Source: a virus (lineage: Duplodnaviria > Heunggongvirae > Uroviricota > Caudoviricetes). From it: 64,000 bases of DNA. Location of the stretch: IMG/VR virus record IMGVR_UViG_2974636330_000001, positions 21,023 to 85,022 of that record. One strand, written 5' to 3'. The number at the start of each line of letters is the position of its first letter. The first letter of the stretch is position 1. This document shows, piece after piece, positions 9,451-18,380 of this stretch. The notes under the pieces are model-generated. The model was not told the DNA's origin, searched no databases, and worked only from the letters and a program-made list of their open reading frames with translations. Made by a program: the position numbers and the translations under genes.

Positions 9451-9509
9451 TTTCCTTCCCAGTGCTGCTGTAATCTGGTAGCATATCTGTTCACAATTGG
9501 AGTGATTTT

Positions 9510-10667
9510 GTGCTCGAATATGCTTTGAAGGCCAACCTGCCACTGGTGGGTGTGTCCACGGATGATATCCTCAACTACAAGGCCGTCCTTGCGGCGTTCT
9601 CCGGGCGCAACGTAGTAGAGCCGCCCGCCAACATGAAGATGATGGGCAAGGGTGACGCGATCTACGTCACGGACAATTCGGAGTACATCGATCCCAAGTG
9701 GTATGAGTATCTGGCCCACGCTGGCCGGTGCATGGTCATCGTCAACCCGAAGGTAACGTCCCCTCTGCTGTTCGATGGCGGCCTGCTGCCTACCCCCACC
9801 CCGATGGTCGCCAAGCTCCTGAGCGATATGCTGGGCAAGGGAGTCGATGAAGAGCTGTTCCTGCCTCCGTTGAAGGGGCTGAGTCTGCGGGCGGTGGGTG
9901 AGATTGTGGCCCTGACGAAGGCCCGCGTCGGCACGGTGACCGCTCCCGAGATTCGACGGACGCGGGGTATGACCAGCCCGGCCATCCAAGGCTTCACCCC
10001 GATTGATACGTCGTACGACTTCTACGACCTCCCGAAGGGGCTGGCAGAGTGGCTGTCGCTCAATTCTAAATACTTCACCAGCCCCACCCATCCCAAATTG
10101 GTCCCACGCGGACTGCTGTTGGAGGGTCCGCCCGGCACTGGTAAGACGATGGCGGCCAAGGCCATCAGCAATGAGTTCGCTTGCCCGTTGTACCGGCTCG
10201 ACATTGCCACGGTGCTGGACAGGTACATCGGCCAGTCGGAGGCACGAGTCGCCAAGATTCTCGCCATGTGCGAACGGGAAAGCCCGTGCGTTCTGCTGAT
10301 CGATGAAGTGGAGAAGCTGTTCGGGGACGAAGACAGCAGCGGCGTAACGTCGCGCATCCTGAGCCAGTTGCTCTGGTGGTTGTCCGAACATCAGTCGATG
10401 GTGTTCACGGTGATGACCACGAACGACGCATCGAAGTTGCCTCCGGAACTGCACCGGTCTGGCCGTATCGACAAGACGCTGCACCTTCCCAAGATGAAGG
10501 CGCAGGAGGCCAAAGTGTTCTCGCTGAAGGTTCTCGGCTCTTTGATGAAGAACGTGGATTTGAAGATGCAGAACCACATGTTCAAGGCGTTGACGGCCAA
10601 GGAATACTCGGCAGCCGAAGTCACGGACCTTGTGTACCAAGAAGTGAAGCGTCAGAAGTGGCTTTAA
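9510..10667 (+). CDS. AAA+ ATPase (classic clade) with a ~190-aa unknown N-terminal domain; paralog of 62687..63898
   Basis: Walker A GPPGTGKT, Walker B LLIDEVEK, sensor TTND, arginine finger ELHRSGRID. GTG start after the AATTGGAGTGA leader. The N-terminal region aligns with the second AAA+ protein. Confidence 0.75.
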   Translation: MLEYALKANLPLVGVSTDDILNYKAVLAAFSGRNVVEPPANMKMMGKGDAIYVTDNSEYIDPKWYEYLAHAGRCMVIVNPKVTSPLLFDGGLLPTPTPMVAKLLSDMLGKGVDEELFLPPLKGLSLRAVGEIVALTKARVGTVTAPEIRRTRGMTSPAIQGFTPIDTSYDFYDLPKGLAEWLSLNSKYFTSPTHPKLVPRGLLLEGPPGTGKTMAAKAISNEFACPLYRLDIATVLDRYIGQSEARVAKILAMCERESPCVLLIDEVEKLFGDEDSSGVTSRILSQLLWWLSEHQSMVFTVMTTNDASKLPPELHRSGRIDKTLHLPKMKAQEAKVFSLKVLGSLMKNVDLKMQNHMFKALTAKEYSAAEVTDLVYQEVKRQKWL

Positions 10668-10682
10668 CAAAATAAAGGCCAA

Positions 10683-10771
10683 TTGGCGAAAATATTGGCG
10701 AAAACCTCTTGCGCCTTCGACGACAATCGGTACGATTACTACATCAACAACACAGCTGCAATGGAGTGAAA
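10683..10771 (+). promoter_or_regulatory. promoter cassette: TTGGCGAAAA x2, TTGCGC(10709-14)-N16-TACGAT, leader CAATGGAGTGA
   Basis: Same architecture as 7996-8100. Confidence 0.5.
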
Positions 10772-11392
10772 ATGGAAGGTTTGAATATCACCCCGATGGA
10801 AGTCGTTGAGGCCGAAGGGTCGAAGCGCAAGTACATCGCCATCGCAAAGACGGACGGCGGCAAATTGTTCGCCGCTCTGGACTTCGAACTGAACATCATC
10901 ATCGACAAGCAGTCGAAGAAGAACCTCCCGGCCATCGGCGTGGGTGTTCGCTTCGCTGCTCTCGGCGGTGGTTCGTGGAACATGGAACACCGGGATCAGG
11001 GCAGTAAGTTGCCGGACGGGATGGAGAACCTCGAAAAGTTCTTCTTCGCGGTGAGCCTGCCCGGTCCGGTGGTCTACACGAACACCTTGATGGCCGAGAA
11101 GAAGATCGTGGCCCGCCTGTTCAAGTGGCTGCAATTGATTGCAGAGGTCAACAAGGCCGAACTGCTGGTGACCGAGGCGAACCTCCAGATGTGGTTCGAA
11201 GAGAAGTCCACCGGCCTGATCGACTATGACCCTGCCGACTGCCAGTTCCCCAACGAAGCGTGGGAAACCAAGAAGTCGGTGGCCGCTCCGGTGACCCTGA
11301 TGCCGGTCGTTGATTCCTCGGAAGACGAAGAGGAAGAAGAGGACGACGGCGAAGAGCAGGAAGAAGACGACGAGGAAGACGACAATGAGTAA
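10772..11392 (+). CDS. hypothetical protein with extreme acidic C-terminal tail
   Basis: Leader CAATGGAGTGAAAATG. C-terminus SSEDEEEEEDDGEEQEEDDEEDDNE. An acidic tail is reminiscent of SSB/gp2.5-type proteins, but no OB-fold is recognisable. Confidence 0.5.
   Translation: MEGLNITPMEVVEAEGSKRKYIAIAKTDGGKLFAALDFELNIIIDKQSKKNLPAIGVGVRFAALGGGSWNMEHRDQGSKLPDGMENLEKFFFAVSLPGPVVYTNTLMAEKKIVARLFKWLQLIAEVNKAELLVTEANLQMWFEEKSTGLIDYDPADCQFPNEAWETKKSVAAPVTLMPVVDSSEDEEEEEDDGEEQEEDDEEDDNE
11130..11143 (+). repeat. TGCAATTGATTGCA (in CDS, LQLIA)
   Basis: exact match. Confidence 0.9.
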
Positions 11393-11837
11393 GTACCGTC
11401 CCTCCTTCCGTCAAGTCCGTGCCCATTGCTGGCACCCGACCAACGATCCCCGTCCGGAAGTGCGCCCGCTAACCGTGATGGAAAACTGGTTCAGCGCACC
11501 GAAGGTGGACGGCGTGCCCCGCGACATGCTCGGCATGTTGGTGGTCGGCAACACCAAGAAGGTGGTGAAGCCGGGTGACTTCCTGATCTTCGATGAAGAT
11601 CGGATCACCGTCATGGATCATGAAGCCTTCCGCTCGATGTTCGTCAAGGTGACGATGGACCTCGACCTCCAGAATGCGGTGGACGGCCTGCGCCAGATGG
11701 CGGGCGGCTGCACCCCCGAAGAGCGTCAGCTGCTCGAAGACGCGGTGGCCGGGTTGTACATGCAGGCCGAACTGATCCGCAAGTTGCACGCCGAGCGTGC
11801 GGATCGTGAACTCGATTTCCTTCCGAAGGTGAAGTGA
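11385..11837 (+). CDS. hypothetical protein
   Basis: ATG 8 nt before the upstream stop; 150 aa. Confidence 0.45.
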   Translation: MSKYRPSFRQVRAHCWHPTNDPRPEVRPLTVMENWFSAPKVDGVPRDMLGMLVVGNTKKVVKPGDFLIFDEDRITVMDHEAFRSMFVKVTMDLDLQNAVDGLRQMAGGCTPEERQLLEDAVAGLYMQAELIRKLHAERADRELDFLPKVK

Positions 11838-12079
11838 TGTGCAGGCAGGTGTGCGGGCCATGCCCCTTCCGAGACTCCCCAGCAGCTTATGCGTATGACG
11901 CGGACGCCATGGAAGCTCTGGAAGACGGCAATGTGCCAGCCTGCCACTCCATCGTAGGAGCGGACGCGATATTCCAAGACGCACCGTTTGACCCGAAACA
12001 CCCCTGTGTCGGCCATCAGAAATGGGTGGCAGGCGAAGAAGGCTTCAAGAAGCCCGACGTAACCAACAAGGTGAAATGA
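11834..12079 (+). CDS. Cys-rich hypothetical protein
   Basis: 81-aa ORF with an ATGA overlap. Confidence 0.4.
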   Translation: MMCRQVCGPCPFRDSPAAYAYDADAMEALEDGNVPACHSIVGADAIFQDAPFDPKHPCVGHQKWVAGEEGFKKPDVTNKVK

Positions 12080-12264
12080 TGGACCAGCCCATCCGCGACA
12101 AGATCAAGAAGTTGGACCCGGCCAAGCATTCCGGGAAGGACAAGCAGTTTGCGCAGGACATGATCGACAAGGAAGCGACCACGGCCAAGGCCGGGTATCC
12201 GCTGAACATCGACCTCGCGCAGCTGACCAAGATCGAACAGCTGGTGAAAGCCCAGCGCCGGTAA
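12076..12264 (+). CDS. small hypothetical protein
   Basis: 62-aa in-frame ATG with ATGA overlap; followed by a GGGAGAGCGCTCTCCC hairpin. Confidence 0.4.
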   Translation: MMDQPIRDKIKKLDPAKHSGKDKQFAQDMIDKEATTAKAGYPLNIDLAQLTKIEQLVKAQRR

Positions 12265-12324
12265 AGGGAGAGCGCTCTCCCGAACGCCGCCAGACGTTTC
12301 TGGCATCCAAGGAGTGATCCGACA

Positions 12325-13251
12325 ATGGCAAGTGCAGCAAAGAAGCCCCTCACCCGGGCGCAGAAGGAAGCGGAGAAGGTCTGGAATGGCCTGACCGCCC
12401 GTCAGCAGAAGGCGCTGGACCCGAAGAAGTTCGAGCGGGAACAGAAGGCCATCAAGGCGGCAGCCGAGAAGGCAAAGAAGCAGGCCAAGGCCGAAGCTGA
12501 TAAGAAGAAGGCCGCCGACAAGAAGGCAGCGGACAAGGCCAAGGCCGCAGCGAAGAAGGCAACCGCCAAGAAGGCCACGAAGAAGGTCGCCAAGAAGGTG
12601 GTCAAGAAGACGGCGGCACCGAAGGTCAGCCAGAACGATGGCAAGGCCGCCCCGTCCTACGAATGGCGCAGCCTGAAGACGGGCCGCAAGGTCACCGAGT
12701 CCTACGCCAAAGCGAACCCGACGCTGGTGGCCAAGAAGCGCCTGACCAATGCGATCAAGCCGCTCGCGCCGAAGGCCCCGGCCAAGCCGAAGAAGACCCT
12801 GCTCCAGAAGGGTGCCGATGCTGTCAAGAAGGTGGCCAGCCGCGCCAAGGCGGCGGTGACCGGTGAGCAGGTGGACGCACAGCCGCGCATCACCGAAGCC
12901 CGGATGGAAGTCGGCCTGAGCGGCAGCCAGCAGACCTACCTGATCGTCGCCGAGAAGCCGAAGGGCAATCGTGACGCGCAGATCGGCGTCCGCCGCATCG
13001 ACGGCAGGTATCGCATCCATGCGTTCCCGGACTTCAAGTCGCACGGCATCGACAACAGCCACTACACCAGCGGCGCGATCCGTTCGGCCACCAGCGAGCG
13101 AGGCCAGTACCAGACCCGTTGGGTGGATTCCAACGAGTTCACCGGCTTCATGAACAAGCTGCGCGAGTCGAACCAGCACGCCCACATCGTGGACGATCTG
13201 CTGCTGTCGCGCCTCGGCATCAAGTCCACCACGGAAGCGGTCGCGGCCTAA
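12325..13251 (+). CDS. Lys/Ala-rich histone-H1-like (AKKA-repeat) protein with a distinct C-terminal domain
   Basis: Residues ~40-160 are near-pure K/A repeats (AAEKAKKQAKAEADKKKAADKKAADKAKAAAKKATAKKATKKVAKKVVKK), typical of H1/AlgP-like DNA-binding tails. Leader AAGGAGTGA-N8-ATG. Terminator downstream. Confidence 0.55.
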   Translation: MASAAKKPLTRAQKEAEKVWNGLTARQQKALDPKKFEREQKAIKAAAEKAKKQAKAEADKKKAADKKAADKAKAAAKKATAKKATKKVAKKVVKKTAAPKVSQNDGKAAPSYEWRSLKTGRKVTESYAKANPTLVAKKRLTNAIKPLAPKAPAKPKKTLLQKGADAVKKVASRAKAAVTGEQVDAQPRITEARMEVGLSGSQQTYLIVAEKPKGNRDAQIGVRRIDGRYRIHAFPDFKSHGIDNSHYTSGAIRSATSERGQYQTRWVDSNEFTGFMNKLRESNQHAHIVDDLLLSRLGIKSTTEAVAA

Positions 13252-13270
13252 GCTGCACCTGCTGTAGGAC

Positions 13271-13364
13271 GAAGCCCCGGGATGTTTCCTAGCGAAAACC
13301 CGGGGCTTTTTCTTGACTTAGATGCGAAGAAAAGTTACACTAAAGCATCAATGGAGTGCAGCAG
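13271..13364 (+). promoter_or_regulatory. intrinsic terminator (AAGCCCCGGG...CCCGGGGCTTTTT) followed by TTGACT(13313-18)-N17-TACACT(13336-41) promoter and leader
   Basis: Near-consensus sigma70 hexamers with 17-nt spacer. Confidence 0.55.
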
Positions 13365-14756
13365 ATGGCTGAGTTTTTCTGTGACAACCCGAAGTGTCAG
13401 TTCCACTTCACGATCCCGGCGACGATGACGCCAGCGGACGAACTGGAGTCCCTGAAGGGCTTTTCGCCGCTTGGGGAGAATCCGTACTTCCCGAAAGCAA
13501 AACAGATCACCAAGTATCCCAGCAGCGGTAACTATGACCTTGAGGCGAAGTACCAAGCCACCATCGAAGGCGCAACCATCGGCATAGGCATCCACGCGCT
13601 GCTCAACGGCGTTTCCGCCGTGGAAAGCCACCATAGCGCCATCGAAGTGGACGGCATGACCATCACGGGTAGGTTCTGTTCGTGCTGTATGCAGATGTTC
13701 GACTTCATGGGCGCAGCCCAAGTTGACCCGAATCCCATGGTTACGGTGAACACCATGGAAATGCCGGGAGGTCTGGAACCCCATCAGGCGTTTATGGCGG
13801 GCCTGATCGACGGGATGACACAGCCGAACGGACTTCCTCTGACTCTGGCAGACGTGTCGTCCAGCATGACGTATAAGGGTGTGAAGCTGACGCCGGAGAA
13901 CACGAAGAAGGCGATGGACCTGCTGTGTGCCGAGCTTCACAAAGGCCAGTATGTCGAGCCGAACATCGTGGAGTACAAGTCGTTGGATGACATTCCCGTG
14001 GAAGGCTTCGACGGCGAGCAGCTGTCTGATCCGTTCAAGTCGATGGCCAAACCCATCATCAAGACTGTGGATGAAATCTTCGTAGAGAAGATCAAGAAGC
14101 AGTGGCCTGATGCCGTGATGGTGAACGGCAAATGGTGGGACTATCCGGAGGCAAAGGGCGGCTCAAAAATCAAGAGCGGCATCCTGAAGGCCCTGATGAC
14201 GGATGCGACCCATGAGTTCGCCATGCAGGACTTCGACGGGAAGCACGGCAACAGCTACGAAGATTGGGCCAAGCAGAATGGGCCGGAAAGTCTTGAGTCC
14301 CTACAGGGGATGGCCAAGAAGGTAGGGATGAAGGATATTGATTTCCTGATCCACACCGGAATAACGGGCATAGTTAGTATGGAAGAAGACCTTGGAGCCT
14401 TGAAAGAGCAGGCGAATCAGAGCCTGATTTCCAAGATCGCATCCAAGTTGAAGCCCAAGACCGGCCCTGTCGGATTCGATCCGAAGGACTCCATCAGCAC
14501 CCACCCGGAGTTCAGTGCAGGGGGCGTAGAGGCGCTCCATGAGTACGACTTTATCTCGATGAACCATCACTTCACCCTGCCCAGCGGGACGGTGCTGAAG
14601 GTGCCTCACGAAGGACTAGACGCGGTGATGGGCAAGCTGACGAGCCACTTCCCGAACGTGACGTTCAATGGGAAGAAGCTGTCGGTGGAGGACAAAGCGT
14701 GGCTGAAAGAGGCCATCTTCACCCACAAGGCCAACACGAAACCGGGGCAGCACTGA
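13365..14756 (+). CDS. hypothetical protein (464 aa) with Cys/His N-terminal motif EFFCDNPKCQFH
   Basis: ATG 5 nt after CAATGGAGTGCAGCAG, behind a TTGACT-N17-TACACT promoter. The N-terminal motif is repeated in the next gene. Confidence 0.55.
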   Translation: MAEFFCDNPKCQFHFTIPATMTPADELESLKGFSPLGENPYFPKAKQITKYPSSGNYDLEAKYQATIEGATIGIGIHALLNGVSAVESHHSAIEVDGMTITGRFCSCCMQMFDFMGAAQVDPNPMVTVNTMEMPGGLEPHQAFMAGLIDGMTQPNGLPLTLADVSSSMTYKGVKLTPENTKKAMDLLCAELHKGQYVEPNIVEYKSLDDIPVEGFDGEQLSDPFKSMAKPIIKTVDEIFVEKIKKQWPDAVMVNGKWWDYPEAKGGSKIKSGILKALMTDATHEFAMQDFDGKHGNSYEDWAKQNGPESLESLQGMAKKVGMKDIDFLIHTGITGIVSMEEDLGALKEQANQSLISKIASKLKPKTGPVGFDPKDSISTHPEFSAGGVEALHEYDFISMNHHFTLPSGTVLKVPHEGLDAVMGKLTSHFPNVTFNGKKLSVEDKAWLKEAIFTHKANTKPGQH

Positions 14757-15040
14757 TGGCAGCGGGGCAGCACGAGTTTTTCTGCGAGAATCCGAAATGC
14801 CCGCATCACCGATTGTGCCATCCGAGCCAGATGATCTACCAGTATGGCGGCGTGCAGAAGATGTGGTGGGTGGTGCCATCGAAGGTGAGCGGCAAAGAGA
14901 ACATAAACGCGGATGCGATGGCTCCGATGACCATGAAGACCACGGAGGTAGCAAGGGTAAACGTAGTAGGTGCACACGGTATACAGGGGTGGTTCTGCGA
15001 AGTTTGCGCAGAGGCGATCAGGGCAGTCGAGGGGTTTTAA
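14756..15040 (+). CDS. small Cys/His-rich protein, N-terminus paralogous to the upstream gene
   Basis: TGATG overlap; EFFCENPKCPHHRLCH at the N-terminus and a second CEVC pair. Confidence 0.4.
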   Translation: MAAGQHEFFCENPKCPHHRLCHPSQMIYQYGGVQKMWWVVPSKVSGKENINADAMAPMTMKTTEVARVNVVGAHGIQGWFCEVCAEAIRAVEGF

Positions 15041-15961
15041 ATGGGCGTATTCGAAGAGGGCGAGGCATCGGGCGGCGTAATGCTCCGTCCGTTGTATGTG
15101 CGTATCGGCGGTGATCTGGCGACGGGCTTGCTGCTCTCCCAGCTGGTGTACTGGTTCAAGCCGGGTAAGACCGGGAAGACCAAGCTGACCATCGTTCGTG
15201 ATGGCCGCAGGTGGCTCGCCAAGAGCCGCGAAGACATGTGCGCGGAGACGGGCCTCACCCTGAAACAGTACAAGCGTGCGATCACTGTGCTGATCGATCT
15301 GGAGCTTGTGCAGGTTGAGCGGCACCTGTTTGCCGGGAAGGTGACGCCGCATATCTGGTTGGACACGGAGCGGCTGGCACTGGCCGGTCAGTCCATTGGA
15401 CCCAAAGGGACCAATCCAAATGACGCAAAGGGACCAATCGGTTGGGACCATAAGGACCAATCATGTGTGGTCCCATTGGGGCCAACCATTACAGAGAGTA
15501 AGAGTACAAAGAACAAAGACTACGACATGCCCGCGAGCGGGCTGACTGAGCAAGGGCAGGAGAGTGACATGAAGGCAAGTGAAGTATTGGCGCAGAAGAA
15601 GGGCGGGCAGTTCCCGGATACGAGCGGCGGTAACGCCATGCGTTGGAAGGCTCGCATGAGTACGGAGTACGGGTTCCAGAAAGACCTGACCCTGAAAGAC
15701 CGGGCCATGATCAAGCAGTTGATGAAGAGTGCCGGGGAGAAGACCCCGGAGCTGATCGACTACGTGCTGCAACACTGGATGAAGTTCGCCAGTTACGTGA
15801 AGCAACAGGCCGGGTTCAGTACGGTTCCGCTGAGTCCGTCGCTGGGGTTCGTGGTGAAGCACGTAGACCACGGGTTGCAATTGATTGCACAAGGGGCAGA
15901 GGACGAAGAGAGCGACCTCGCGCCCGCGAAGAAAAAGACCAAGTTCGTCTACGAGGACTGA
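15041..15961 (+). CDS. putative DNA-binding/replication-initiation protein
   Basis: N-terminal ~120 aa (LYVRIGGDLATGLLLSQLVYWFKP...LTLKQYKRAITVLIDLELV) resembles winged-helix replisome-organiser/DnaD-type N-domains. Lies upstream of the helicase-primase block. Confidence 0.3.
   Translation: MGVFEEGEASGGVMLRPLYVRIGGDLATGLLLSQLVYWFKPGKTGKTKLTIVRDGRRWLAKSREDMCAETGLTLKQYKRAITVLIDLELVQVERHLFAGKVTPHIWLDTERLALAGQSIGPKGTNPNDAKGPIGWDHKDQSCVVPLGPTITESKSTKNKDYDMPASGLTEQGQESDMKASEVLAQKKGGQFPDTSGGNAMRWKARMSTEYGFQKDLTLKDRAMIKQLMKSAGEKTPELIDYVLQHWMKFASYVKQQAGFSTVPLSPSLGFVVKHVDHGLQLIAQGAEDEESDLAPAKKKTKFVYED
15876..15889 (+). repeat. TGCAATTGATTGCA (in CDS, LQLIA)
   Basis: exact match. Confidence 0.9.
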
Positions 15962-15964
15962 GCC

Positions 15965-16099
15965 ATGGCCGAGTGTGAGAACGATGTGCCCTGCGGCGAG
16001 CAGTTCAACTGTTGCGACTGCGGTGGAAATGGGTGCGGTTGCGGGTACTGTTTCTCCTGCAATGCGTGTGACAAGTGCATGGAAGAGGGAGAAGACTGA
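15965..16099 (+). CDS. very small Cys-rich protein (44 aa, 13 Cys)
   Basis: ATG after the upstream stop; CCDCGGNGCGCGYCFSCNACDKC. Below the ORF-track cutoff. Confidence 0.25.
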   Translation: MAECENDVPCGEQFNCCDCGGNGCGCGYCFSCNACDKCMEEGED

Positions 16100-16311
16100 T
16101 GAAATGGGCAGCGATGGCAGTGTTGATGGTCCTTGCAGTTGGTTGCAAGCGTGCGGAACCGGTGGGCGGACACACTTCGACTGGTGATCTGCCGCCGAAA
16201 TCCACGGTGCTGCGCGATCACAACGGGCGGGCGTGGATTGTCACGCAAGATTGTTGGCAGCGGCGTTGCGAAATGGTCCGCGTGCCGGAGGTGGATACGC
16301 ATGGAGAGTAA
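16099..16311 (+). CDS. small lipoprotein
   Basis: MKWAAMAVLMVLAVGC is a signal peptide with a lipobox; TGATG overlap upstream. Confidence 0.35.
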   Translation: MKWAAMAVLMVLAVGCKRAEPVGGHTSTGDLPPKSTVLRDHNGRAWIVTQDCWQRRCEMVRVPEVDTHGE

Positions 16312-16474
16312 GCCCGCCGAAGGGTTTGCACTGTTGGACCCGGAAGGTGCTATCGTAATCAGCACGGTATCGGCCCATGAGAACGTCACCAAGAACACGT
16401 TAGGTGCATGGCCGAAGCTGGAGAATGAGGGCTATCTGCTGATTCGGGTCAGCGTTACCGAAGTGGGAAACTGA
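16301..16474 (+). CDS. small hypothetical protein
   Basis: 57-aa in-frame ATG ending at 16474. Confidence 0.3.
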   Translation: MESKPAEGFALLDPEGAIVISTVSAHENVTKNTLGAWPKLENEGYLLIRVSVTEVGN

Positions 16475-17034
16475 TGAACGACACGGTGAAATTGAAGAAA
16501 GTGATTGATCCTGTCCGGCACGCTCGACTGCTGGCTGGGATAGATCAGTTCGCCGCAACGGCTGGCATCCCGCCCCACTTCATCCACAAGTCCACCCGGG
16601 AACACCTGTCGGACAAGGAGATTCAGTGGCTGCGGGACTATCCGGAGCATAAACAGGAGGCCGAAGGGCTGCTCCTGACGGGCATTCACGACCCCGATCC
16701 GGCCACGAAGATGCAGAGCATGACGGCGGCGTTCCTGCGCAACTTCATTGATGCGCGGCTGATGGCTGTCAACCAGATTCTGGACCTGATCGAGCAGCAC
16801 TCGATGCCGGAGCCGGAAGTCCTGTTGATCCCGAACCTGTTCCAGAGCGCCTACGGAAAGGCATTCCCGGCGTACAAAGTCCAGCAGCTGTACGATCTGC
16901 TGTTGGGCCGCGTGGCGAAGGGCAAGCTGACGGTGGTTTACGTGCAGAACATGGACGAGCTGGAAGCTGAGTTCGGCGTCCTGTTCCGTGGTCACCTGAA
17001 CACCTACGAAGTATCCAAGGGCAAAAAGGCGTGA
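16474..17034 (+). CDS. hypothetical protein (possible helicase-associated)
   Basis: 186-aa ORF directly upstream of, and overlapping, the DnaB gene. No Walker motifs. Confidence 0.45.
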   Translation: MNDTVKLKKVIDPVRHARLLAGIDQFAATAGIPPHFIHKSTREHLSDKEIQWLRDYPEHKQEAEGLLLTGIHDPDPATKMQSMTAAFLRNFIDARLMAVNQILDLIEQHSMPEPEVLLIPNLFQSAYGKAFPAYKVQQLYDLLLGRVAKGKLTVVYVQNMDELEAEFGVLFRGHLNTYEVSKGKKA

Positions 17035-18320
17035 GCAACTACAATCTTGGCTTGACGACCCTGCACAGCCTTGTGCGGGAAGGTAACGGGTATCAGTATT
17101 TCCGCTCGAAACTGTCAGACCAGCTGTTCCGTGGCGAAATTGAGAAGGAAGTCTTCAAGTTCGTCAACGACCACTTCCAGAAGTACCAGTCGCTGCCGTC
17201 CGCCGAGACGGTGGCCGCTGCGTATCCTGATTTCGCTGAAGTGGAGTCGCCTGAAGTAGCGAAGTTCTACGTCGATAAGCTGGAGTTCCGCTTTTCGATG
17301 GACACGCTGCGGAAGGCGAACAACGCGGTTCACGAACTGCTGGACAACGACAAGAAAGACCCGGCCAGCGCCATCGCGGAAATGGAGAAGGCGCTGGGCG
17401 TAGTGAAAGAGCAGCAGTACCGCAGCCGCATCCTCGACTTCAGTCAGGAAGGCGCGCAGCTGGTGCTGGGCACGTACTACGGAACGTTGGGAAGTAACGC
17501 CAGCGTGGGTGGTTTCGGCTGGCATTACATGGATTCGATGTGCAACGGCATCCTGCCCGGTGACATTGTGTCCATTGTGGGCCGACCGGCGATGGGTAAG
17601 ACGTGGTTCCTGCTGTTCATCGCGCTTCACAACTGGCGGAAGCTGAAGTTGAACGTGCTGTTCGTGTCCATGGAAATGAACACCTTGGCCGTGGCCCAGC
17701 GTGTGGCGGCCATGTACGCGGGTACGAACATCGGGCAGCTGAAGGGCGGCGTGGCGCAAGGCTACGCAACGGCCAACCAGAAGAAGTTCGAAGCGGCAAT
17801 GCAGCAGCTGTCCTTCGAAGAAGCGAAGTTCTACGTAGTGGACGGCAACCTCGCGGCGTCCCCGGAGGACATTTATATCCTCGCCCAGCAGCTGGGATGC
17901 GACATGATCTGCGTGGACGGTGCGTACCTGATGCGCAGCAAGAACCCGAAGCTCGGACGGTTCGAGCGGGTGGCCGACAACATCGAGTTGATGAAGCGGT
18001 ACACGTCGGAGCATGAGAAGTCCACGATTTGCTCGTGGCAGTTCAACCGTGATGCGACAAAGAAGCTGGAAAAGAAGGCCACGAAGGTGGGTCTGGAAGA
18101 CATTGGCTACTCGGATGCCATCGGCCAGATCAGCAGTATCGCCCTCGGCCTGATGCAGGAAGAAGGTGTGGCCACGCTGGAAACCAGAACGGTCGATGTG
18201 ATGAAAGGCCGTAACGGTGAGATTGGAAGTTTCGATGTGAACTGGCTGTTCGGTGCAATGAACTTTGAGCAGGTTGGCAGCGATAATTCTGGCTCAAAAC
18301 AGCTGTTGCACCTTGAATAA
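17031..18320 (+). CDS. dnaB: replicative DNA helicase, DnaB family
   Basis: Walker A GRPAMGKT. RecA-like C-domain with the VLFVSMEM and ICVDGAYLM motifs. GTG start overlapping the upstream TGA. Confidence 0.8.
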   Translation: MSNYNLGLTTLHSLVREGNGYQYFRSKLSDQLFRGEIEKEVFKFVNDHFQKYQSLPSAETVAAAYPDFAEVESPEVAKFYVDKLEFRFSMDTLRKANNAVHELLDNDKKDPASAIAEMEKALGVVKEQQYRSRILDFSQEGAQLVLGTYYGTLGSNASVGGFGWHYMDSMCNGILPGDIVSIVGRPAMGKTWFLLFIALHNWRKLKLNVLFVSMEMNTLAVAQRVAAMYAGTNIGQLKGGVAQGYATANQKKFEAAMQQLSFEEAKFYVVDGNLAASPEDIYILAQQLGCDMICVDGAYLMRSKNPKLGRFERVADNIELMKRYTSEHEKSTICSWQFNRDATKKLEKKATKVGLEDIGYSDAIGQISSIALGLMQEEGVATLETRTVDVMKGRNGEIGSFDVNWLFGAMNFEQVGSDNSGSKQLLHLE

Positions 18321-18380
18321 ACGTTCTAAAAATGGCACAATAACCCGCTTGCAAACGTGCAAGCATCATAGGAGTGAATC

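Noticed and set aside
9108-10682. 524-aa minus-strand ORF antisense to the AAA+ ATPase gene
   Set aside because: Overlaps a + strand gene with clear Walker motifs. Its product is Arg/Leu/His-rich low-complexity sequence, typical of antisense frames in GC-rich DNA, and it has no RBS or promoter context.
12016-13185. 389-aa minus-strand ORF
   Set aside because: Antisense to the KA-rich protein gene. Its Leu/Gly/Arg-rich translation mirrors the complement of GCN/AAG codon repeats.
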